This document shows, in pieces, positions 17,984-28,065 of a stretch of 64,000 nt of DNA; positions within the stretch are counted from its first letter, which is position 1, and every line of letters starts with the position of its first letter. The stretch lies in the NCBI GenBank assembly GCA_965277805.1, contig OZ255842.1:1-64000 (forward strand), given 5' to 3'. This stretch comes from Candidatus Lustribacter sp. (GTDB lineage Bacteria > Vulcanimicrobiota > Vulcanimicrobiia > Vulcanimicrobiales > Vulcanimicrobiaceae). The translations under genes and the position numbers were made by a program. A model generated the notes under the pieces. That model was not told the DNA's origin and searched no databases. It saw only the letters and a program-made list of their open reading frames with translations.

Positions 17984-18537
17984 CCCCGGAAGAGCGCTCG
18001 CGCGTTTCGCTCGCGAGCATCGCGATCGCCTTCGGGCGGGTTTCGGCAACGGCGTTCGGGGGCGGTCAGATGCCGGCCATTCGCCGCGAGGTAGTGAAGC
18101 GGGCCGGTTGGCTCGACGACGATCAGTATCTCGAGATGTTGTCGGTGGCGCAACTGCTGCCGGGATCTAATCCGACCAGCGTCGCGGTGCTCGTCGGCGC
18201 ACAAGTGCGCGGCATTCCCGGCGCGACGGTGGCGTTGCTCGCCGCCGTGCTGCCGGGGTTCGCGATTCTCATGCTGATCGGCGTACTGGCGCTCGACTCG
18301 CACAGTTCGTGGACCACCGGCGCGTTGCGCGCGTGCGCGGCGGTCGCGGTCGGCTTGACGCTGGCGAACGCCGTCGAGCTCACCATCAAGCGCCTGAAGA
18401 TCGCCGACGTGCTGATCATGGCCGGCGTGGCGGCGTCGGTGCTGTTTCTGCACATCTCGCTCTTCCTGACGCTCGTGATCTTCACGCCGATCGCGCTATT
18501 CTTCATCAAGCCCAGGGTGAAGAAGGCCGAAGGATGA
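17980..18537 (+). CDS. short-chain chromate transporter (ChrA family) subunit 1; probable CTG start at 17980
   Basis: AFGGG motif upstream of the first ATG (18070); REVV....W; AQLLPG motifs. Confidence 0.8.
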   Translation: MTPEERSRVSLASIAIAFGRVSATAFGGGQMPAIRREVVKRAGWLDDDQYLEMLSVAQLLPGSNPTSVAVLVGAQVRGIPGATVALLAAVLPGFAILMLIGVLALDSHSSWTTGALRACAAVAVGLTLANAVELTIKRLKIADVLIMAGVAASVLFLHISLFLTLVIFTPIALFFIKPRVKKAEG

Positions 18538-19052
18538 TCCTCGGCCGGCTCGCGATCGTTTTCACCATTCTCTCGCTGCTCGGCTTCGGCGGCGGCAACG
18601 CGATCATTCCGCAGATGCACGCGGATGTCGTCGACTCCTACCACTGGATTACGTCGGCCGACTTCACCCGCTTCTTTGGGTTGGCCAAACTCGCGCCGGG
18701 GCCGACGACCACGATGGCGGCGCTGGTCGGCTACGCGGTCGCCGGCTTCGCCGGAGCGATCGTCGCCACGATTGCAGTGTTCGTTCCGGCCGGCGTGCTG
18801 TGCTACGCCGTCGGGCACGTGTGGGAAAAGCTGCGCGGCAATCCGTGGCGCGAGCGGTTCGCGGCGGCGATCAAGCCGGTCGTGCTCGGCTTGATCTGGG
18901 CCGGCGTCGTGACGCTGGCGCGCGGTGCGCTCGACGGCTGGGTCACGATCGCGTTTGCGCTCGTCGCGACCGTGCTGATGCTGCGCACGAGCCTCAATCA
19001 GGCGTTGATGGTCCTCGTCGCGGGAGCGATCGGCGCGTTCGCGCTCCGTTGA
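18534..19052 (+). CDS. short-chain chromate transporter (ChrA family) subunit 2
   Basis: MILGRL..GFGGGN, HWIT..DF, LAPGP motifs; ATGA overlap. Confidence 0.85.
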   Translation: MILGRLAIVFTILSLLGFGGGNAIIPQMHADVVDSYHWITSADFTRFFGLAKLAPGPTTTMAALVGYAVAGFAGAIVATIAVFVPAGVLCYAVGHVWEKLRGNPWRERFAAAIKPVVLGLIWAGVVTLARGALDGWVTIAFALVATVLMLRTSLNQALMVLVAGAIGAFALR

Positions 19053-19066
19053 TCGACGCCGAGATG

Positions 19067-19675
19067 CTAGCGCCGGTCGCGCAGGTAACGGCGGGTCAGA
19101 TCGACGGCTTCCACCGTATCGAGCAGCACGCGTCCGCGCGCGCGCGTACCGGAGCGATCGCCGCTCGAACGTTCGGTCACGGCGCACAGAAACCACGGTC
19201 CGGGCACGGTCTTCGTTTGCACGAACAGCGTGCGCAGCATCGTCACGTCCTCGACGGTGTGCACGCGTTCGGCCGAAAGTCCGCATGCGCGGGCGAGTGC
19301 GGTAAGCTGCTCGGCGCTCCCGGGCGTCGTTGCGATGTCGGCCTCGCCGGTGCCCCAAATGCCGTTGGCCAACACGACGATGGTGAGGTTGCTCACGGGG
19401 TGACGCGCCAGCGTTCCCAGCACTTGCACGCCGGCGAACATCGATCCGTCGCCTTCGATCGCGATGACGCGTTCGCCGGGACGTCCGAGCGCGATGCCGT
19501 ACGCGACGGCCGCGGCATAGCCGAGTTCCATGTTGTAGATCGTGGCCGGATGCGGCGGATCGCTCGCATAGTACATCAGCCCGGAGGACGCGCCGGGCGA
19601 AACGACGATCGCGGCATCGTCGCGTTCGGCCGCGATGGCGTCGATGATTTCAGCGCGCTGCACGGACGGTCTCAT
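19067..19675 (-). CDS. TPP-dependent decarboxylase beta subunit (sulfopyruvate/phosphonopyruvate decarboxylase ComE-like)
   Basis: TPP-binding IEGDGS...LANG motif; 202 aa. Confidence 0.8.
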   Translation of the reverse strand: MRPSVQRAEIIDAIAAERDDAAIVVSPGASSGLMYYASDPPHPATIYNMELGYAAAVAYGIALGRPGERVIAIEGDGSMFAGVQVLGTLARHPVSNLTIVVLANGIWGTGEADIATTPGSAEQLTALARACGLSAERVHTVEDVTMLRTLFVQTKTVPGPWFLCAVTERSSGDRSGTRARGRVLLDTVEAVDLTRRYLRDRR

Positions 19676-20171
19676 CCACGGCGTCGAGGTAGAGCGGCAT
19701 GAAGACGACCATGCTCGTTCGATGGTTCTCGACGGTTTGAAACGCGAGCCGGATCGTCTCCGCGTACGCTTCGCCCGGCCGCAGTACGATGTTGTCGAGG
19801 TGCAGCCCGTCGACGACGGCGCGCGCTGCGGCCACCGGCGTCTGGTGGTAATCGAACGGCTCGCCGATCACGCCGCCATGGCTCACCAGCACGAACACCG
19901 GCGTGCGTTGCAGGCGGGAGCGCGCGAGGATCAAGCCCGCGTAGCCGAGGCCCGAGCTTTCCATAATGACGACGGCGCGCTTGCCGGCCACGAACAGCCC
20001 GGCCGCGATCGCGATGCCTTCGTCTTCACGCGCGCAGACGATGGTGGTGAAGCGCGCGTCCGCTGCGATCAGCGCGGTCAGCGCGCCGGTTCCGCTGTCG
20101 GGAAGATACACGCAGAACTCGATGCCCGCGGCAACGAGTCCCGCGTGAATTGCCGTGGCGGAAGCTCCCAT
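19650..20171 (-). CDS. TPP-dependent decarboxylase alpha subunit (ComD-like)
   Basis: YLPDS, AREDEGIAIAAG, MESSGLG motifs; ATG at 20171. Confidence 0.8.
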   Translation of the reverse strand: MGASATAIHAGLVAAGIEFCVYLPDSGTGALTALIAADARFTTIVCAREDEGIAIAAGLFVAGKRAVVIMESSGLGYAGLILARSRLQRTPVFVLVSHGGVIGEPFDYHQTPVAAARAVVDGLHLDNIVLRPGEAYAETIRLAFQTVENHRTSMVVFMPLYLDAVDETVRAAR

Positions 20172-20173
20172 TG

Positions 20174-22378
20174 ATGCGTTCTTACACGCCCGTGGCGCAA
20201 TCACTTGTCGAACCAGCGGGGCCGCCGCACGCCGGTGCGCTCGCCGACGACGAACGTCGCATCGAAGGGCGCATGAAAGTTTCCGGCCGAGCGAAGTATA
20301 CCGCCGACATCGCGCGCGAGGACACGCTCTGGGCTGCGTACGCCGAAAGCCCGCACGCGCACGCGCGCATCCGTTCGGTTGACGTCGAAGCGGCGCGGCG
20401 CGTGCCGGGCGTGCGCGCGGTGCTCACCGGCGCCGACATCGGCCTCACGCGTTTGGGCCGCCAGATCCTCGACTGGCCGGTGCTCGCCGTCGACACCGTG
20501 CGTTTCATCGGCGACCGGGTGGCCGCGGTTGCAGCCGAAACGCGCGAAGCGGCCGAAGCCGCGGCGCGCGAGATCGTCGTGCACTACGACGCGTTGCCGG
20601 CCGTACTCGATACCGCCGCCGCGTTGGAACCCGATGCGCCGGTGCTCCATCCGGATTGGGATGGCTATTCGTATCCCGTGTTTGCCACGCGGCCGCGACC
20701 GGCGCGCGCGCACCCGAACATTCAGGGCACGCTGCTGCGCGTGAAGGGTGAGGCGGATCTCGAACCCATCTTTGCGCGCGCGCATCGCGTGTTCGAACAC
20801 CGCTTCGTGACGCCGCGCACGCACGCCGGTTACATCGAGCCGCGTGCAACGCTGGTGTGGATCGATCGCGCCGGCATCGTGCACGTGCACTCGCCGAACA
20901 AGTCGCCGTTCGACCTGCGCAAGCAGATGGCGCGCACGCTGGGCCTGCCGCTCGAGCAGATCACGGTCGAGTGCACCTCGATCGGCGGCGACTTCGGCGG
21001 TAAGGGCCTCACGCTCGATGAGTACGCGTGCTACTTTCTGGCCAAAGCGTCCGGACGTCCGGTGCGTCATGTGCAGCGCTATGCGGACGAACTGCGTTCG
21101 GGCACCACGCGCCACCAAGCGACGATGACGCTGCGCACGGCCGTCGACGCCGAGGGCACGTTCCTCGCGCATCATTCGGTCATTCTCTACGACGGCGGAG
21201 CGTACGCCGGGGGGAAGCCGGTGCCGCATCTGCTGCCGGGGTTCGGGTACGGCACGATTCCCTACCAAATCGAGCACGTGCGTCTCGAGATGTCGGCCGT
21301 GTATACGAACACATTACCGGCAGCGCACGTGCGCGGTCCGGGCGAAACGCAAACGTTCTTTGCGTGGGAGCGGCACGTCGATGAGATCGCTGCCGAGCTC
21401 GGCATCGATCCGCTGGAACTGCGGCTGCGCAATATGATGCGCCACGGCGACACGTCGGTCAACGGCGATATCGTCGAGCATCCGGCGGGACGCGAGGTGC
21501 TCGAAGCGTTGCGCAGCGAGCTTGCGCGGTTGCCGGTGCCCGCCGCCGGACGCGGGCGCGGTATCTCGATCGTCTGCTCGCACACGGGCGGTGGCACCAC
21601 GTCGGTGCGCATGCGGTTGGAAGAAGACGGCACGATCGCGGTGATCCTCGGCGTCGCCGATCAGGGCGCCGGCACGTTTACGCTCGTGCAGCGTGTTGCG
21701 GCCGCGACGCTGGGCGTGCCGCGCGAGCGGATCGCGGTGCGCCAAGCGAGTACCGCCGAGACGCTGTACGACCCGGGTGCCGGTGCCAGCCGCATCACCC
21801 ACATCGCCGGCCGCGCCGTGCAGATGGCCGCGCTGCAGCTTCGGGAGCGCATCGTTGCGGGCGAAGCGGCGCCGTTCGAGGTGACGGCGACCTACGAGAG
21901 CGATCCGGCCGGCTCGCAGCGCGTGCCGGACTATACGTTCGGCGCCTACGCGATCGAAGTCGCGGTGGATTCCGAGACGGGGAAACTGTCGGTGTCGGAC
22001 GCACTCTTGGTGGCAGATGTCGGCACGATTCTCAACCCCATCGCACATCGCGGGCAGGTCGACGGCGGATTCGTCTGCGGTCTCGGCGTCGCGTTGATGG
22101 AAGAACGGCCGCTCGATGAGAGCGGCAAGCCGGTCTTGCTGAGTCTCGGCGACTACAAGGTTCCGACCATCCGCGACGTGCCGACGCTGCGCACGCTCTA
22201 CATCCCGGCGCGACCCGGCAGCGGACCGTTCGGTGCGAAGATGATCGGCGAGCTCAGCAACGCCGGCGTGGCGCCCGCGATCGCGAACGCCGTCTACAAC
22301 GCCGTGCGCGTGCGCTTGAACTCGTTGCCGTTGCTGGCCGAACACGTCTACCTCGCGTTGCATCAGGAGCCGGCATGA
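20174..22378 (+). CDS. xanthine dehydrogenase family molybdopterin-binding large subunit (start uncertain)
   Basis: KVSGRAKY.AD, SPHAHARI, GGDFGGK, VRGPG, GQVDGG, GAKMIGE motifs. Confidence 0.9.
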   Translation: MRSYTPVAQSLVEPAGPPHAGALADDERRIEGRMKVSGRAKYTADIAREDTLWAAYAESPHAHARIRSVDVEAARRVPGVRAVLTGADIGLTRLGRQILDWPVLAVDTVRFIGDRVAAVAAETREAAEAAAREIVVHYDALPAVLDTAAALEPDAPVLHPDWDGYSYPVFATRPRPARAHPNIQGTLLRVKGEADLEPIFARAHRVFEHRFVTPRTHAGYIEPRATLVWIDRAGIVHVHSPNKSPFDLRKQMARTLGLPLEQITVECTSIGGDFGGKGLTLDEYACYFLAKASGRPVRHVQRYADELRSGTTRHQATMTLRTAVDAEGTFLAHHSVILYDGGAYAGGKPVPHLLPGFGYGTIPYQIEHVRLEMSAVYTNTLPAAHVRGPGETQTFFAWERHVDEIAAELGIDPLELRLRNMMRHGDTSVNGDIVEHPAGREVLEALRSELARLPVPAAGRGRGISIVCSHTGGGTTSVRMRLEEDGTIAVILGVADQGAGTFTLVQRVAAATLGVPRERIAVRQASTAETLYDPGAGASRITHIAGRAVQMAALQLRERIVAGEAAPFEVTATYESDPAGSQRVPDYTFGAYAIEVAVDSETGKLSVSDALLVADVGTILNPIAHRGQVDGGFVCGLGVALMEERPLDESGKPVLLSLGDYKVPTIRDVPTLRTLYIPARPGSGPFGAKMIGELSNAGVAPAIANAVYNAVRVRLNSLPLLAEHVYLALHQEPA

Positions 22379-23976
22379 TCGCTCGTGTGCTCGCGGCATT
22401 GGCCGCGCTGCTGACCCTGGCTGCCGGGGCATTGCCGGCGAGCGCGTATACCCCGCACGTCTTGCGCTTCAACTACGACGAAGACGACCTCACGACGCTC
22501 AACCCGTTCTTGGCAACCGGAGCCCCCATCGCCCCGCTCACGGAGTTGACGGGCGGCGAATTCGTGCGCTTCAGTTCATCCGGTGCGCCGATTCCGGAAC
22601 TCGTCACCACGATTCCGACCAAAGCAAACGGCGGCATCAGCGCGGATGGCCGCACGATCACCTGGCACCTGCGTCGTGGCGTGAAATGGAGCGACGGCAC
22701 GCCGTTCAGCGCGGCCGACGTCACCTACACGTATCGCGTCGCGATGAACCCTGATAACAACATCACCAATCGCACGCCATGGACGCGGCTCGCAGCGGTA
22801 ACGGCACCCGACCGCTACACCGTAGTCTTTCGCTTCAAGAAGCCATACGCGCTCTTTCTGGGGGATTATTTCTCGACCGCGAGCCAAACGGCCGTGCTGC
22901 CGCAACACGTGCTCGGTCCGGGCACCGCGATCAATCAAGCGCCGTACAACGGCTTGCCGGTCGGTATCGGGCCCTTCCGTTACACCGCTTTCAACCGCGG
23001 CAACGACATCGAACTCGAAGCGAACCCGTACTACTGGCGCGGACACCCGAAACTACAGCGCATCATCTACAAGATGATCACCGATGAGAATACCGATTTC
23101 ACGCAACTGCAAACCGGTGAGCTCGATCTCTGGGCGCTGATCAACGGCGCGCTCGCGCAGCGCGTGCGCACGCTGCCCGATAAGGCCGTGACGAGCACGC
23201 TCGGGAGCCTCACCAGCGGCCTGTATTTCAACGTAACGCGGCCGTCCGTTCGCGACCCGCGCGTGCGGCAAGCCCTCCGTTACGCCACCGATCAGAAATC
23301 GATCGTCGCGAAGGTCGCGCTCGGCAATGGTTTGCCGCAACGTTCGGTGATCGGTTCGGGCACGCCGGATTATCTCGCGCTGCCGCTGGTCCCCTACGAT
23401 CTCAAACGAGCCGGCGCGCTGCTCGATGCGGCCGGCTGGAAGCTCGGCGCCGACGGCAAACGCCGCAAGAACGGCATTCCGCTGACGGTCGAGCTCGCGA
23501 TTCCGGGCGGTTACGCGCCGAGCGAAAATGCCGCCGGGCTCGTGCACGATGATTGGGGTCAAATCGGGGTCGAGCTCTCGATTCACGTATGGTCGGACTC
23601 GTCGTTCTTTGCGCCGGCGGCGGCCGGCGGCGTGCTGCAAACCGGCCGTTTCGACGGCGCGCTCTTTTCCAATGGCGGCGGCCTCTACGCGAACGTCACG
23701 AACTTTTACACCTGCGCCGCCTTCCCGCCCAACGGCTTCAACACCGACCGCTTTTGCGACCCGCGCGTCGACGCGCTCAACGCCAAGTACGAGCAAAGCT
23801 TCGACCCCGCCGAACGCAAACGCATTGCCGCAGCGCTGCAGCGCGCCATCGACGACGGCGTCCCCGGCATCGTGTTCTACCAGCGCCTCTTCGTCTCAGC
23901 GTTCGACAACCGCCTACGCGGCTATCACCCCAGCCTCTTCAGCGCCTGGGGCGACCCGCTACAACTCGATATCTGA
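22375..23976 (+). CDS. peptide/nickel-type ABC substrate-binding protein (family 5)
   Basis: Signal peptide; LRRGVKWSDGTPFSAADV, GIGPF, ANPYYW. Confidence 0.88.
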   Translation: MIARVLAALAALLTLAAGALPASAYTPHVLRFNYDEDDLTTLNPFLATGAPIAPLTELTGGEFVRFSSSGAPIPELVTTIPTKANGGISADGRTITWHLRRGVKWSDGTPFSAADVTYTYRVAMNPDNNITNRTPWTRLAAVTAPDRYTVVFRFKKPYALFLGDYFSTASQTAVLPQHVLGPGTAINQAPYNGLPVGIGPFRYTAFNRGNDIELEANPYYWRGHPKLQRIIYKMITDENTDFTQLQTGELDLWALINGALAQRVRTLPDKAVTSTLGSLTSGLYFNVTRPSVRDPRVRQALRYATDQKSIVAKVALGNGLPQRSVIGSGTPDYLALPLVPYDLKRAGALLDAAGWKLGADGKRRKNGIPLTVELAIPGGYAPSENAAGLVHDDWGQIGVELSIHVWSDSSFFAPAAAGGVLQTGRFDGALFSNGGGLYANVTNFYTCAAFPPNGFNTDRFCDPRVDALNAKYEQSFDPAERKRIAAALQRAIDDGVPGIVFYQRLFVSAFDNRLRGYHPSLFSAWGDPLQLDI

Positions 23977-23989
23977 ACGGAGGACGGCA

Positions 23990-24670
23990 TTGGCAGAAGA
24001 AACGGTATTTCCCCAGCGGAGGGGCGCGACGTCAATCGGCATCAACGTGTTTGCGACGCCGCGCGAGCGGCATGGCGAGATGCTCGAGACGTTGGCGGCG
24101 ATTGCCGATCTGGCCGACAGCCACGCGCTTCCGAAGAACATGTATTCTTCGTTCCACCCGGCGATCGAGGCGCCGATCGTGGTGAACTACGTGCAATACG
24201 CCGATCCGACCGGCGGCCGCGAGCTAGCCGCCGTGGCACGTCCGCTCGTCGACCGGACGCACGAACTTTCCACGAGCCACGAGATGCGGTACTACGACGC
24301 GGTGGATGTCGTGACGGCCGCCGGAAGCACCGAGTTTGCGGTCGTTGCCGGCAAAGACACCGTCTCGGTCATCGGCGTGTATGTGGTCGAACCCGGCAAA
24401 CAGTCTGAGCTGATAGACGCGCTGCGAAAATATGCAGACATCGTGAAGTCGGCGGACGGCTTTAAAGCGATGTCCGTTCTGCAGGGTCAGAAGCCCGAAT
24501 TTGCTGCCGCCTATGAAGTGTGGACCAACATTGCTGCCTACCGGCGCTCGGCAATGAGCGTCGCTACAGAACCTCTTGCGCACGCTCGCGCGCTTGCGAC
24601 CGAGGCTCTCATCGAAGCCTATAGCGTCGTGCGCGTCAACCGTCATCGCGGCGCCGTAACGGCAGACTAA
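23990..24670 (+). CDS. tandem ABM-like (dimeric alpha-beta barrel) domain protein
   Basis: TTG start after a GGAGGA RBS; two halves INVF.TP.ER..VVNYVQY and IGVY.VEPGKQ..AAYEVW, typical of ABM monooxygenase folds. Confidence 0.6.
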   Translation: MAEETVFPQRRGATSIGINVFATPRERHGEMLETLAAIADLADSHALPKNMYSSFHPAIEAPIVVNYVQYADPTGGRELAAVARPLVDRTHELSTSHEMRYYDAVDVVTAAGSTEFAVVAGKDTVSVIGVYVVEPGKQSELIDALRKYADIVKSADGFKAMSVLQGQKPEFAAAYEVWTNIAAYRRSAMSVATEPLAHARALATEALIEAYSVVRVNRHRGAVTAD

Positions 24671-25296
24671 TGTACTGCGTCGGCAATGAGCTTTTCGGCG
24701 ACCATGCGCCACGTCTTTAAGCTCGCCTTATGATGGGTCCTATCACCTAACAAAAGCGCATTGACGCCCATACCGCGCAAAAGAAACAATGTAAGGTCGA
24801 TGATTTCCCTTGCAGTCACGCTCGGTATTCCGGCTCTTACGAAGACATCTAACCACGCCTTATTGATCGTTGAACGATAGCTATTCATAATTGCGGCGAT
24901 GGTTGCCAAGTGCTTAGGTTCGCCTTGAACGCCGATGATCAGTTCCGTCGAGACCATGAAGTGCCGGCCGAAATAGAGGGCTTCGCTCGTCTTGATAAAC
25001 GTGCCCAGAGGATCTCTCAGCGCTGCGGGGCTACGCGTCACGGCTAAGCCTGTTTCCAGGGCCTGTCGATACGCGTACTCTCGCGCAGCAAGTGTCAGGT
25101 CTGCCTTCGATCGGTAATGATGCACTCGGGCACCACCTGATACTCCGGCTCGGGCGGCTACCTCTGCTACCGTGAATCCCGCATACCCGCGCTCGGCAAG
25201 CACCTCCAGAGCGGCTTTGAGAAGCCTATCGCGTGTTTTTTGGCTGCGCTCTGACTGCGTCCGACGGCTGCTGGAAGGAAACTTACGTATCGCCAT
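24667..25296 (-). CDS. TetR/AcrR family transcriptional regulator
   Basis: TRDRLLKAALEVLAERGYAGFTVAEVAARAGVS.G...HHY.SK HTH. Confidence 0.9.
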   Translation of the reverse strand: MAIRKFPSSSRRTQSERSQKTRDRLLKAALEVLAERGYAGFTVAEVAARAGVSGGARVHHYRSKADLTLAAREYAYRQALETGLAVTRSPAALRDPLGTFIKTSEALYFGRHFMVSTELIIGVQGEPKHLATIAAIMNSYRSTINKAWLDVFVRAGIPSVTAREIIDLTLFLLRGMGVNALLLGDRTHHKASLKTWRMVAEKLIADAVH

Positions 25297-25300
25297 AAAG

Positions 25301-25318
25301 ATACCGAACGTTCGTTTT
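25301..25318. promoter_or_regulatory. putative TetR operator in the divergent promoter
   Basis: Perfect dyad CGAACGTTCG (25305-25314) within ATACCGAACGTTCGTTTT, a few bp from the tetR start. Confidence 0.55.
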
Positions 25319-25355
25319 GTAAGTAGCGTTCACCCGTCTTATTCGAGGAGCGATT

Positions 25356-26297
25356 ATGACACTGTATTTGAGCCGCGGTCAGGCCGTCGGCGTCATGTTC
25401 GCCACGGCCGTGGCGGCGGTTCCGCGCCGCTCGCAAGCGCAGGAGACGTTCAAGGCGGCTGCGACGCCGACTGAGACCGACTCCCTCATCTGGCTGGCAC
25501 AGTCGCAGGGCTACTTGCAGCGCGCCGGATTGTCGCTCGACATTCAAGCGTTGGGATCGGGTGACGCGATCGCAGCCGCGATGATCGGCGGAGAGATCGC
25601 GATCGGCAGCATGAATATCGTCTCCCTCGCGCTGAGCCACCAAAACGGGATCGACATCAAGATCATCGCCGGCGGTTCGCAATGGGAAAGCGGCCACGGC
25701 GGCTCGCAGCTCATGGTGAAACAGGATTCGCCGATCAACGGGGGCGCCGCGCTCAACGGCAAGACCGTGGGGATCAACGTGCTTCGCGGCCTCTCGCAAA
25801 TGGTCACCTCGGCATGGATCGACAAACACGGTGGCGATTCAACGAAGGTCCAGTTCGTCGAGATGCCGTTCGGAACGATGCAGGCGGCACTCGAAGCGGG
25901 CCGTGTCGCGGCAGCGCAGATCGGCCAGCCTTGGGCGACCAGCGCGCTGGCCACGTGCCGCTCATTAGGTCCGCCAAACGACGCGATCGCGAACCGTTTC
26001 TTGCTAAGCGCATACGTCGCGACCGGCGCCTGGGCCGCGGCGCACAAAGATGCCGTGCGCCGCTTCCAGACAGCGCTCTCCGGGTGCGCGCATTGGATCG
26101 ATACGCAGCCGGCGGCATCGGTCGGAGCGATTGCCGAACTGACGAAACAGGAGCCCGCCGTGGTCGCTCGCTCCGTGCGCTCGATTTTCAGTGAGAGGCT
26201 AACGCCCGCCGGTGTTCAGCCGATCCTCGACGCCTGCGCGAAATACGGCGTCCTCAAAGCCACGTTCCCGGCAACCGACATCATGGCGCAGTCATGA
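25356..26297 (+). CDS. ABC transporter substrate-binding protein, NMT1/SsuA family
   Basis: Leader with SRGQ; AQSQGY..AGL, L.GKTVG, FVEMPF motifs. Confidence 0.85.
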   Translation: MTLYLSRGQAVGVMFATAVAAVPRRSQAQETFKAAATPTETDSLIWLAQSQGYLQRAGLSLDIQALGSGDAIAAAMIGGEIAIGSMNIVSLALSHQNGIDIKIIAGGSQWESGHGGSQLMVKQDSPINGGAALNGKTVGINVLRGLSQMVTSAWIDKHGGDSTKVQFVEMPFGTMQAALEAGRVAAAQIGQPWATSALATCRSLGPPNDAIANRFLLSAYVATGAWAAAHKDAVRRFQTALSGCAHWIDTQPAASVGAIAELTKQEPAVVARSVRSIFSERLTPAGVQPILDACAKYGVLKATFPATDIMAQS

Positions 26298-27250
26298 ACG
26301 CCCACCACCACAGCCACATCGACGTCCACGTCCACGCGGCCAGCAAGCAATACGTGGACTTGCTCTTAGCGTTGGGTGCGGAACCTGAAGTCACGCGCTG
26401 GGCGCGCGACATGGTCGCGCATGCGGACGAAGCAGGACTGGCGCACCGCCTCGACGTGATGGACCGCAGCCACGTCGAACGTCAGATTCTGTCGATGTCG
26501 GCAGCGACGCCCTACTTCGACGATGTGGATTCCTCGATTCGCGCAGCGCGCTTCATCAACGACGAGCACGCGGAGCTTTGCCGCCGGTACCCGGACCGCT
26601 TCTCGTTCTTCGCGACGTTGCCGATGCCGCACGTCGACGCATCGCTGGCGGAGCTCGAGCGGGCGATGCGCGATCTCGGAGCCGCCGGCGTGACGTTTAC
26701 GACGCACATCCGCGGACGTTCGCTGGCGGAGCCGGCGTTCAAGGAGCTTTTTGCCGAGCTCGACCGCCGCGGAACGGTTGTGTTTCTGCACCCGCCGGGC
26801 TTCTCGTGCTACTCGCCGATGATTGCGGAGCACCAATGGACGCTTGGCGCGCCGATCGAAGACGCTGTCTGCGCGATGCAACTGATGCGAGCCGGCTTTC
26901 CTCGCCGCTATCCGCAGCTCAAAGTCATCCTGCCGCATCTGGGCGGCTTTCTCGCGTTCCTTCGTTACCGGACGACGCGTCACGCGCACTTGAACCTTCC
27001 GGGGGAAGACGCGCCGGCGGAGCAGATGCGCAAGTTCTGGTACGACACGGCGAGCGGCGAACCCGAAGCGCTGCGAATTGCAGCTGCATGCTACGGCGCC
27101 GACAAGCTGCTCTTTGGTTCGGATTTTCCCTATTGGGACCGCGATTACGACGTGACCTGGCAGTATTTGGAACGGGCCGGCTTGACTCCGGACGAGCTTG
27201 CCGGTGTGCGTTCAGAGAACGCGCGAGCACTCTTCGGCGACTCACTATAA
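26294..27250 (+). CDS. amidohydrolase_2 family protein (ACMSD/aromatic-acid decarboxylase or hydratase-like)
   Basis: IDVHVH, VFLHP, PHLGG, WYDT, LFGSDFP motifs. Confidence 0.88.
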   Translation: MNAHHHSHIDVHVHAASKQYVDLLLALGAEPEVTRWARDMVAHADEAGLAHRLDVMDRSHVERQILSMSAATPYFDDVDSSIRAARFINDEHAELCRRYPDRFSFFATLPMPHVDASLAELERAMRDLGAAGVTFTTHIRGRSLAEPAFKELFAELDRRGTVVFLHPPGFSCYSPMIAEHQWTLGAPIEDAVCAMQLMRAGFPRRYPQLKVILPHLGGFLAFLRYRTTRHAHLNLPGEDAPAEQMRKFWYDTASGEPEALRIAAACYGADKLLFGSDFPYWDRDYDVTWQYLERAGLTPDELAGVRSENARALFGDSL

Positions 27251-27297
27251 GCTTCAAACGAGCGGCCGAAACGGGGTGAACGCCGAATGGGGCGGCC

Positions 27298-28059
27298 GTG
27301 CCCAGCAAGGGATCAACCCCCAGCCTCTCGACTGTCCGCAATGCGCTTCGTATCCTCGACGCGTTCTCCGAGCGCGAGCCGATTCTCGGGGTCATGGAGC
27401 TTTCGCGGCGTCTAAAGATTTCGAAAAGCGCCGTCTCTCGTTTGGTGACGACGTTGTGTTCGCAAGGGATCCTGACCCTCGCTCCCAGCGGCCACTACCG
27501 CCTGGGGACGCGGCTCTACGACATGGGTTTGTTGGCCGTCCGAAGCCATCAACTCTTCGATGCGGCTTCAGAGGCGCTGATCCAATTGCATGCGGCGACG
27601 GGGAAGAGCGTCCACTTTGCGATTCTCGATGGGTTGGACGTCGTGCAGGTCCATCGTCTGACATCGAGCGACATGGCACGCGTGCCGGGTGAGTTGCGGA
27701 CAAGACCACCGGCTCACGCAACGAGCACGGGCAAGGCCATCCTCGCCTTCGCTAAAGAGGAACTGGTTGAACGCGCGGTTTCGGCCGGGCTTCGTTCCTT
27801 TACTCCGACGACGATTACCGATGCCGCGCAACTCCGGCGCGTCCTGCGTACCGTTCGGGAACGTGGGTATGCCGTTTCGAAGAGCGAGTACCAGCAAGGC
27901 GTCGGAGGCATTTCGGCTCCGATTTTGGACAAGACCGGCGTGGCCGTCGCGGCCCTCACGATTGTCGACTTGAGCGATCATCTAACCGATAAGGTCGTCG
28001 CGCACGACTCGGTCCTCGTGATGCGCAGTGCCCGCGATCTCTCGGCAATCAGCGCTTGA
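27298..28059 (+). CDS. IclR family transcriptional regulator
   Basis: ALRILDAF..GVMELSRRL..SKS.VSRL HTH; HATSTGKAILAF; RGYAVS..E. Confidence 0.92.
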   Translation: MPSKGSTPSLSTVRNALRILDAFSEREPILGVMELSRRLKISKSAVSRLVTTLCSQGILTLAPSGHYRLGTRLYDMGLLAVRSHQLFDAASEALIQLHAATGKSVHFAILDGLDVVQVHRLTSSDMARVPGELRTRPPAHATSTGKAILAFAKEELVERAVSAGLRSFTPTTITDAAQLRRVLRTVRERGYAVSKSEYQQGVGGISAPILDKTGVAVAALTIVDLSDHLTDKVVAHDSVLVMRSARDLSAISA

Positions 28060-28065
28060 GCGCGC

